The notes beneath the pieces are model-generated. The model was not told where the DNA came from. It was given only the letters and a program-made list of their open reading frames with translations, and made no database searches. From Malacoraja senta (lineage: Eukaryota): a stretch of 64,000 nt of DNA. A program made the translations under genes and the position numbers. The first letter of the stretch is position 1. Every line of letters begins with the position of its first letter. Positions 53,711 to 64,000 of the stretch are shown here, one piece after another. The DNA lies in assembly GCA_038087875.1 (NCBI GenBank), contig CM075985.1:9796001-9860000 (forward strand). The letters run 5' to 3'.

Positions 53711-55854
53711 AATATATATGCCTGAAAGGTCACTTTCAAAATCTGGTGAGTTTGATTTTGTTCTATTTACAAACCAATGGAGCAAGAATAAATAGTGAGA
53801 AATGGACTCATGGTACCGCTGGTTCAAAGGAGACGGATATTGTCATTCACTTTTGGGAGAAAGGGCCCTCAAAACCAGCCTAGGTGCCATAAGACTAGTT
53901 GGATGGGCTACATTTGTGTATATTTGTATTGGTGCATATTTGTGTATGTGTATATGTGATATATGGGACAAAAGGTACCTTTATATATTGACGGAGAATA
54001 GGCAAAGTGAAATTGAACCTTACTTCCTGTATCTGTGGAGCTAATTTGAATAATTTTGTACTCAGGCGTGCACTTCAGATGTTGAATAAAAAGCCTATTT
54101 TTTGGGGAAATGTAAATAGGTCTTTGTTCATATTTTAGCCGCGCTATTTCTGACCTGAGCATTCTCAAGGTTAATATTGGTCTTAAGAAGAGTCTCATTT
54201 TGCTCAGTACAAAAAGTCAATGATAGAAATAAAAACCAAAAAGACTTGAAACATTCAGCGGGTCAGGTAGGTCTTTCCACAGATGCTGTCTGGACTGCTG
54301 CATGTTTCCAGCATTCTCTGTTTATAGTTTGGATTACCATATGTATTTTTTAACGCAAGCTAACATGCTCAATCTTAATCTCTTTTTATATTATTAAATA
54401 TAACACTTTTTGACATTCACATTCTTATGCTTTTATCATGAAAAGAGTAAAGCTAGATGGCAAAATGTACAATCGCACTGTAAACAGTTTATAAAGGGAA
54501 ACATTTCACTGTAATATTTTATTATGGGATAATCAAATTAACAAAAAAAAATCAAATAAAAACATAAAAATTTTGTGTTTCATAACGAGGGTGTAGAAAT
54601 AAGCTTCTCGACAATATATTACAAAACCACATTCTTAAATAAATTTATCAATAGTTTTTGTTTTAATTTCCTTATTTTTCTAAGTTCTTCACTCATGAGG
54701 TTTCAAAATTTTAATCTCTAACAGTTGCACATAATTTCCAGAATTTACTCATGTAAATCTGCCCAAGTCAATGAAAACAAAAGTCCTCCAAAATCTGAAA
54801 TGTTACTGGATTTTTTGTCCCCCTAAGAACAACACGTTTTATTTCATGCAATTGTTGACATCCACATTTATTTGCCCCCAAAGCTGTATTTGTATTATAA
54901 ATGAATCGGTAATTAGAATGACTGATTTGAGTTAGAAAGGAAAGCAGCAATAGGTGGTTGATGGTGAGTGCAGAATCACTGAGCCGAAGGGCCTCTTTTT
55001 GTGTACTAAGTCTCTATGACTCTACTGAAATTGTTTATCCAGACTACAGTTTTTTCATTGGGATTGAAGCTTTTCATGAGGTTGAAGCTTACAGTTTCTG
55101 AAAATTTATTATTTGCAACTTTCACCACATGCACATTCCTGTCATGTGGAGTGACTTACTCACTGGAATCAAATCTAGCAGATGGCATGTTTTGGTTCAT
55201 TTCTGATATTGGTAGTTCTAGATTAACAGGATGGAACTAATAAGTATTGTATAGGTAAAATAGGTGCTATACAGGTGAGATGCTGCCTGAAATCTTATTT
55301 TCAGATGATCTGTGTATTTGATAGGCCTCAATTCTATTTCCCTACCTTCTCCCGTGTACTTGGGATTTGGTCCATTCAACACAGGAATTTTTTTTTGTTA
55401 AAATCAATTTTGTCACTTCCTTTTATAAAAAATCTTCATTGGGTTAACTTGTTGCTTTGCATTATTCAATGAAAGCAAATGCCCAATTATTTTTCCCTAA
55501 CTGCTAATCTGTTTTCCCAAAACACGTCCCTGATTCCTGAAAAAACCTTTGTCATCTCTGTCTATTCCCATGGCCAGAAGTGTCCTTTCTCTGACTTGCT
55601 GACCTGCTATTTCTTAATGTTCCATCCTAATCAGGAAAAAAAAGAACAGATCAAAACAGCAGCAGTCCCTCAGGGTAAACAAATGATTTTACTGGAGGGA
55701 GGTGTGTGTCCAGACTTGCCTTGCCATCTTGTTTGCATGATCACCTGCCACGACTCATTTAATTTCCTGTTTATCTATCGTATTCCACTTCGTCTCATGT
55801 ATCTGCCATGCCTGTGTACCTATCTCATCACCATGCACCCTCCCAAAGCCTGTG

Positions 55855-56200
55855 ATTTCCCCTCCCCCACCCCTCCCAGTGTACACATCTAAGTCCAGTA
55901 TATCCTTCTGCAAGGTTCCTCACCCTGCTGGTGTACCCCTCCCAACTCTATTTACCCCTCCAAGCCCCACATACCCCTCTGAGTTAGGTATTCCCATCCA
56001 ATATGTAGCCCTCCTACTCCTGTTTACCCCTCCCAGTCTAATGTACCCCTCCCAGCTGTGTTCTCATTACTGTGTCATGTAACATCCCCAGCCACATTTT
56101 TACCCTTCCAGCCCAGTACGTCCTCCTAAGCCCAGTGTTACACTCCTAGCCTCATGTACAGTACCATTCCCAGCACAGCATACCTCTCCCAGCCTTAGGT
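55855..56200. repeat. Degenerate C-rich minisatellite (tacccctcccag core)
   Basis: The core recurs more than 8 times at irregular spacing. Confidence 0.65.
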
Positions 56201-56839
56201 ATCCTACTAGAATTCTCTGAGGGTAAACATGATTTTGCTGGAGGGAAGGTATGTGTTCTGATTTGTCTTGCGTTAGCAAGAACATTGGTAGAAACAAGGA
56301 ACTGCACATACTGGCTTTAAAAAAAGCCACAAAAAGTGCTCTATAGTCTGAAGAAGGAATCCGACCTGAAATATTGCCTATCCATGTTCTCCAGGGATGC
56401 TGCCTGATTTGCCTGATTACTCCAGCACTTATGTCTTATTTTATGCGCTTTTGCCTGCCCAGCATGTATTCTCAGCTCCCTGTGTCTTGCACATTCAGTG
56501 TACTCCATTTCAAACTGAAAAATACATTTACCTGGTGCTATTTTGTAGAGAAAAATGTGTCGGTATACATATCAATTGAAAATTAAGCTATATTCATCCA
56601 TGACGTATACCCAACATTTAGGACACTTTAACTTGTAACGAAATAACTGATCTCTAAGTTGAAATTTTTAAAAATAATTCATTCATCTGCGTTAAGCATT
56701 AGTTAAGCATGATAATAAACATGCATTTCACATTATAAACATGCATTAGGTACCAGGAAGTATCATCACAAAAAAGAGCACAGAGTATACTCACCGGTTC
56801 CCCTTTATCCACATAATCTTTTATTCTTCAAAGAACTCC

Positions 56840-59100
56840 AAGAGAGTTAGATTTAGCTCTTAGGGCCAAGGGAATCAAGGGATATGGGGAAAAAGCCGGA
56901 ACGGTGTACTGATTTTGGATGATCAGCCATGATCATATTGAATGGTGGTGCTGGCTCGAAGGGCCGAATGACCTACTCCTGCACCTATTTTCTATGTGTT
57001 TTTGTTTCCAATAATTTGGTTGAACATGATTTTCCTTTCACAAAATCATGTTGACCGTGTTTCATTATCTTGCCCAGCTTGGAAGTTTTCCTGTGAAAGA
57101 TGTTAAGCTAATTGGCATGTGGTTTACTGGTTTTGGTCTCCAGCACTTTGCAGCATCCAACACTTTGTGCCTCAGTGTTTTGTAATTGTTATCCATGACT
57201 TGCATGATGGTACTGAAAGTTTGCTGCTAAATTTCTTGATGACACAGTTTTAGGTAGGAGTGGTGGGTATACCAAACCAGCTGCCAGGGGAGGTAGTTGA
57301 GGAAGGTACTGTAACAACATCTAAAAGACATTTGGACAGGTACATGGGTCGGAAAGGTTTAGAAGGATATGGGGCAAACACAGGCAGGTGGAACTAGTGT
57401 AGGGACATCTTGGTCGGCATGAGAAAATTGAGCCAAACGGCTTGTTTTTGTGTTGACTCTATGACTCTATTTTTACAGACTATGACTGACTCTAATCCTT
57501 GCTGTTGTACTCAAAACCTCTTGCAACGAGGGATTCACCTGCATGTATGATCCCAGAGACTGGTATACAGGACACCCAGATCCCCTTTTACTTCAGTTCC
57601 CAATCTACTATCTGTTAAATAATGCTCGGCTTTTCTGTGTATTATTTGCAAAGTGAACAACTTCATGTTTATCTGTATTATACTGCATTTGCTCACTGAT
57701 TCAATTTGCCTAATGTTTAAGAAAGAACTGCAGATTCTGGAAAAATCGAAGGTAGACAAAAATGCTGGAGAAACTAGTGGGTGAGGCAGCATCTATGGAG
57801 CGAAGGAATAGGTGACGTATCGGGCCAAGATCCTTCTTCAATTTACCTAAATCATCTTGAAGCCACTTTGCCTCTTCCTTACAACTCACAATCCGACACA
57901 ATTTTGTGTCGTCAGCAAATTTAGAAATATTACAATTGGTTCCCTCATCTAAATCATTGCCAAATATTGTGAATAGGTGAAACCTCAAACACTGTGGCAC
58001 TCCAGAATCACTGCCCACTACCCCAAAAAAGACCTACTGTATTTATTCCTTCTCACAGTTAACTCTGTATCAACCCATCTTCAATTTAGATTACCTCCAT
58101 TCCTACCAACTTTAACTTTGCATAGCAGCCATAGTCATTGTCATACAGTGTGGAAACAGGTCCTTTGGCCCAACTTGCCCAAACCAGCCATGTCCCATCT
58201 ACACTAGTTTCACCTGCCTGCATTTGGCACATATCCCTCTAAACCTGTCATATCCATGTACCTGTCTAAATATTCCTTAAACGTTGTGATAGTCGCTGCC
58301 TCAACTAACTCCTCTGGAGTTAGTTGAGGCATACACCATACACCTACCATCCTTTGTGTGAAAACGTTATCCCTCCTATTAAATCTTTCCCCTCCTCACC
58401 TTAAACCTATGTCCTCTGGTTCTCGATTCCCCCACTCAGGGCAAGATACTCTGTGCATCTACTCAATCTATTCCTCTCATGATTTTATAGCCTTCTATGT
58501 ACCACATTACTGAAGGCCATCTGAAAATCCAATGTGCCATTTTCACCGATTTTTCCTTTTCTATTCTACCAGTTACACCCCAAAGCAAACCAATTGGTTT
58601 GCAAATCCAATTTCCCTTTTATAAATCCACAATGCCTTAGTCTAATCCTGTTGATAGTTTCCAAGTATCTTGTTATCACTTTATTTATAATATGCTGGCA
58701 ATTTTCTTACAATCGATATCAAGCTAAACAACCCTTCGTAACACATTTACTCTCCATTGACATTCTATTTGCCAACCTCCAATCTGCAGGAAGCATTCCA
58801 TAATCTACAGAATTTTAGTAGGTGACCATCAATGCACCCACTATATCCATAGCTGACTCTTTTATTTCTCGAAGGTGCTGACTATCAGACCCAGGGGATT
58901 CTACGATTTTCTATCCCATTAACCCGTTCAGCACTATGTTTTAACTACTACAAATTTCCTTTCATTCTTGCATTTGAATATACTCTTGGTTGGCTCCCAT
59001 TTCTAGGAAGTTATTTATGTCTTCTTCCAAGAAGATGGATTGAAAGTATTTGTTTAATTGCTCTGCCACATATGATTGTAGGGAACCTACATTTGTTTTC
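56840..59100. mobile_element. Nested CR1 cluster: plus-strand 3' ends (56840-57000, 57280-57470) and an old minus-strand CR1 (about 57500-59100) containing a Penelope fragment (57715-57836) and a younger CR1 tail (58130-58490)
   Basis: GVPQ...NDLDEG..ISKFADDTKL on minus; CR1 tails; imperfect TSD ttcaattt(g/a)cctaa around the Penelope piece. Confidence 0.8.
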
Positions 59101-60079
59101 CCAAGATCCCGAAACATGAATAAAAAAACACCAAACTGAACATGCACACACTGATCTGATCATGAATAAACACTTTAAACTGACACATCTGAAGATATAC
59201 ATTTTCTTATATCCAAAAGTAAGTTGGTATTTTACAGACCCCCTGTACACTTAAATTCATATATTGATTGATATAACATTATAGGATCACATCCATACTA
59301 CACAAAAATTCACTCACACACACATGCACAGAGAGAGAGAGAGAAAGATTGGAGAGAGTCCATCGTTGTCATTTGACTGGGCATTGCAATGTTTAAGAAG
59401 TTTGCTATTGTTAATCCCCTACCACTCCCAGCAGCAGTCAGTCAGCTGCAGATGAAATTATCAAGGAGATGTTTAACAAGCTAGCAGCAGGTCATGCTAG
59501 AGTGTTCCCCTAACAACAAGCTAGGGAGTTGAGAGAGACGGAATAACACCACGTGAGAGGTGGAGGAGTGCAGCAGCTGTTTATATGTCAGTGGAACAGC
59601 ACTCACACAAAATGAGACACACTATAATAAGATTTGAAGATTTTAATCATTTATTTATACTTAATTCAGAAAATTCTATCAAGTAGGACGTTCCCAGGCT
59701 CATCTCTCTCTTTCTGATTTTATTAAGCATCTAGCAATTTTCAGACTTCAAAATTGTCTGATCACATCCTGTTCAGAATAAAGAGCGACACAAGAGACTG
59801 CATATGTTGGAATATTGAGCAAAAAATAAACTGCTGGAGGAACTGAGTGGTCAAGCAGCATCTGTGGAGGGAAATGGACAGGGGAGGTCATTATTGAGCT
59901 TTGCTTTGAAGGGGCAGTTAAAGGTAAAATATGTTGTGGATCTGGCATTGCACTGAGTATCGACCAACGATGGCAGATTTACTTTCCTAAAGAACAATAG
60001 TGAACTGGAAACAGTTTTACCACAATCCAGTGGTTTGATGTTCACCACTGATACTAGCTTTTTGTTCGAGATTTATTTA

Positions 60080-60720
60080 AAGACAATAGACAATAGGTTC
60101 AGCCCTTTGAGGTAGCACCATTCAATGTGATCATGGCTGATCATCCACAATCAGTACCCCATTCCTGCATTCTCCCCATAATCCCCTGACAGTCCAAGCC
60201 AACCAGCGATCCCATTAACACTATCCTACACACACCAGGGACAATTCACATTTATACCAAGCCAATTAACCTAAAAACCTGTACGTCTTTGGAGTGTGTG
60301 AGGGAACCAAAGATCTTGTAGAAAACCCATGCGGTCATGGGGAGAATGTACAAATTCTGTGCAGACAACACCCGTAGTCGGGATAGAACCCGGGTCTCCG
60401 GTGCTACAAGGGCTGTAGGGCAGCAACTTTACCACTGCGCCACCGTGCCACCCTGCAAAAATTCTCTACACATTGCATGGTGACATTTCTCCTCATTCTT
60501 CTAACTGATCTACCACTTATACTGAGATTGCGACCCTTGGATCTAAACTCCTCAGCCAAGGAAAAAATCCTTTCTGTATCCATCCTGCCAAGGCCTCTTA
60601 ATGATTTAGATGAGATCTCCTTTAATTCTTCTAAATATCTGAAAATAAAACCCTCTTCATATAACAAGCTTGACATCCCAAGAATCAGTCTGGTGAATCT
60701 TCACAGAACTCTGTGAAAAT
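60080..60720 (-). mobile_element. CR1 tail (60080-60190), V-SINE-like element (60191-60454) and older CR1 fragment (60455-60720)
   Basis: Reverse-complement tRNA-like head gggtggcacggtggcgcagtggt; CR1 LLYEE..RGL.R.D.ERIF pattern. Confidence 0.8.
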
Positions 60721-63284
60721 CCAAATACACCACATCCCCTACTACATGGTTATTTACAGTATTTCACCATTCTTATTCTCAAAGAACTATAGTAGATTGG
60801 TTAAATGTTATTTTCATTTAATAATTAATTGAATTTATGAATTTTCGGTTTGATATTTATCGTGTCGAACTGACAAGATTGACCTTTGGGAGTTTGATAC
60901 ATTACACATTTTAGCCCAGCATTTGTGCGGGGCTGATACACTGGCAGCTGACATGCTGGGGTCTAATGTAGTACGTTGACAGAATGAAAATTTGTGGAAG
61001 AATCCAAAACAAGAAATATGAAATTTGGCTCTATGATGCTATTGCCATTTTGCTTTAAAGAGAAAGCATTTGAATAGTTTATATATATTGACTGAAGACA
61101 AATAATGTCACTTACAAAATTAATATTAATATTACCATGGCATCTATGACTAAACAATGCAAAAGGCTTTCAGGTTCTAACCCCTCAAGCAGCAATGGAA
61201 AGATGACCTTACTCCATGGCCTTTCTCCATAGAACATGTGGGTAGCTGCTCCATGTAGTCCTGGACCTTGGAATATGCAGGTCTGCAACATTTGCTTGTG
61301 GACAGCTTTGGAAGTTCAGCAAGTTTCAGGGAGATCAAATTATATTCTTACAGCAACAACTGATGTAAGTGTCAGTGTGTGTTGCTGGGAACAGCCCATT
61401 GAGCACAGAGTCTCAACTGAACAGGATGGACCACGACAGTGACCATTGCTTTAGTTTCCACATTTTCTTGGGAAATGAAGATTGCCAAAGGAGGACGCTA
61501 ACCTCACCCCCACTTCAGCTGGCTTGCAGGAAGCAAACAATAGTGCTGAGATTTTAACAATACATGAAGGATCTCTACATTGGGACTGTAGATTTTGATC
61601 TTTAGATTAAGTGGAAAACAGCTCAATACAGCACCAGTGTAAGTGCACTATGTTTAGTAATACTGAGAGCATTTCATACCTAGGATATTTACATTGTTGA
61701 GTGGTAGTACTGCTTGCATGACCCATTTTCCACTTCAACTTGGCTGTGCATCACAAACATCAGTTGTTGCTGTAAGAATATAATTTGGTCTCCCTGAAAC
61801 TTGGTTACGGATGGCTGCCCTTCCCCCTCCAAGCCATCCGCCCAGCTCTTTCAGGTAATTGGACCTGATGATGAAGAGAGAAAATAATCAAACTGGTTGC
61901 AAGTGCTCATCAATCTGTGTTTCGACAGTGAATTGAAAACAGCAACATTATCCATGTTCATGGAGACTTTGAACTGGACCCCTCTGCTACCTGGGAATGT
62001 CTCCCATTTTATACCCAGATCATCGTTGAAGGCAAAAGGCTTGATACATCATGGAACAAGACAGAGAGCAGCCATGCAATAGATTTGATCAGGAAATTTT
62101 CAATTAATTAGCACTGCCTCATTGAAGAGCAGTAATAAAATTGCAGTTTCTCTCCCACTTTGGAGAGCAAATTAATCACGTGTGTGCGCATGTGCATGTG
62201 TGATGATATTCTACCAAAGACTATCTACTCATCAAGTTGATTAGAGAAGCACCATACATCTGCCTGTGTGAAACTGATTGTATCCTTGAATAGCACAAAG
62301 CTGTCAAAAGTCTCCTGGCCAAGTATGCTACAGGTTGATCTGGGTGATTCAGCAGTTCCAGAGCAGACTTGGCCCTGACCTTACATAGAATTTTGTCAAC
62401 CATATTATGCAGTAGATTGATTGCCAATTTCTGAATTATTCTGTCTTTGTCTTCTTCATGAATTCTGTCATGCTGCCAACTAGAAACACAACACTATAGA
62501 CAATCAGCAGGTTTGAGTGGAATTACTCTCGTGAGCCAAGTTCACTAAGCCAAGGGGCCACTGCTTGCAGCAATTTTACTTTTCTTGAGGAAACAGATCT
62601 TGTCAGCTCATCGCTTATCAACAACAAGAAGGAAGAAGTTGTGAGAAGAAGGAAAACAAAGAGGAACAAAACAAGGAGGAATAGGTAGGGAGATTGCAAA
62701 GTCAGGAGCCCTTTCAGGTTGGGGATTTGGGAGAGATTGATGACATCGAGATTTAAATAAAATGAATCTAATTTCAATTTCCTCAGGGAATAAGCAGCAT
62801 GCCTGCCAAGAGAGAGATTTGTACAATATTTCAGCCTGAGCTGATCATGGCAATTAGCATGTAACAGCATAGACATCAGGAACACAGTGGTGAAATCTTA
62901 GATGTCCTTATCCTGAGAGGCGACAATAAGTACATGCTCCACTCTTTTGCTAGTAAGTTCTGTCAACTTGTGATGCCCTACAGCAGATCCTGGCTCGAAG
63001 CTGAAATCTACAGCATGAAAAGTGTTTACGTCAGCAAGTGACAGGGTGCTTTCTTAATCATTCTGTTGCTAGCTAGCCAGCTGGAAGTTCCCAACGTTCT
63101 GAAGAAGAAATGGAGAAAAGCAGAGATGAGGTACAGTGAAGTCCATACCTTCATCACCCGCAGTTTCTAAATTAGAACTGTTGTTGGATGTAGGAAGTGA
63201 GGGGGAGGATAAGATGTAATCACACTGTCACTTTCAATGGCCCCAGACAGGTGCTGGACACAAACTCTATGAGGCTACTGCAAT

Positions 63285-63570
63285 AATAGACAATAGACAA
63301 TAGGTGCAGGAGTAGGCCATTCGGCACTTCGAGCCAGCACCGCCATTCAATGTGACCATGGCTGATCATCCACAATCAGTACCCCGTTCTTGCCTTCTCC
63401 CCATATCCCCTGACTCCGCTATCTTTAAGAGCTCTATCTAACTCTCTCTTGAAAGCATCCAGAGAACCGGCCTCCACCGCCTTCTGAGGCAGAGAATTCC
63501 ACAGACTCACAACTCTCTGTGTGAAAATGTTTTTCCTCATCTCCGTTCTAAATGGCTTACCCCTTATTCT
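63285..63570 (-). mobile_element. CR1 3' end with (tctattg)n tail
   Basis: Reverse complement of the CR1 3' UTR seen at 11630-11997. Confidence 0.9.
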
Positions 63571-63624
63571 GGGTCTACCCCTTATTAATGGCTAGCATTC
63601 TGTCTGCTGGTGGTACAGGTATAA

Positions 63625-63945
63625 TAATTAATAATAATAATTCATTTTATTTACTGGCGCCTTTCTAAAACCCAAGGACACCTTACAAGGCATAGAATCA
63701 CAAAAATACAAAACACATAATCGGAATAAATTAAATATAAAAACACCACAGTACACAAATCAAGGACAGAATTCAATTTCAAAAGCACAAAAAGAAAATA
63801 AGAAACACAATTTGAGGTATGGTGTAGGAAGGAACTGCAGATGCTGGTTTAAACCGAAAAAAGCTGGAGTAACTCAGTGGGATAGGTAGCATCTCTGGAG
63901 AGAAGGAATGGGTGAGGTTTTGGGTTGAGACGCTTCTTCAGACTG
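63625..63945 (-). mobile_element. L2 3' tail (63625-63790) and Penelope terminal fragment (63825-63945)
   Basis: They match 26008-26110 and 7068-7160 respectively. Confidence 0.75.
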
Positions 63946-64000
63946 GTATGGATTGATTAGATAAAGATAGAATGGATTTGTTAAAGGAAAATCATGATTA

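Overview
Vertebrate nuclear DNA, most likely a cartilaginous fish such as a skate or ray (inferred from the CR1, Penelope and tRNA-derived V-SINE repertoire). There is a 200-N scaffold gap at 40540-40739. I reconstructed two convergent, intron-containing genes by hand from GT/AG sites and exon phase. (1) Minus strand: a 15-coding-exon, about 1090-codon CDHR5-like cadherin (41446 to 16027) with signal peptide, 4 EC repeats, no mucin segment, one TM helix, a 21-nt micro-exon and a 550-aa terminal cytoplasmic exon. As assembled it has a -1 and a +1 indel in exons 6 and 7, with two stops between them. (2) Plus strand: a 6-exon, about 330-aa uncharacterised protein (1293 to 12870) whose hydrophobic, proline-kinked C-terminal domain loosely resembles the caveolin architecture. 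The remainder is repeat-rich: a near-complete Penelope-like element with an inverted terminal copy and a 14-bp TSD, many Penelope mini and fold-back insertions carrying a hammerhead-ribozyme-like core, CR1/L2/Rex1 LINE fragments, SINEs, a 1.4-kb G/A-rich tract and a degenerate 30-bp minisatellite that flips polarity. A 770-bp solo LTR is oriented so that it could act as the cadherin promoter. No prokaryotic system, CRISPR array, rRNA or true tRNA gene is supported.
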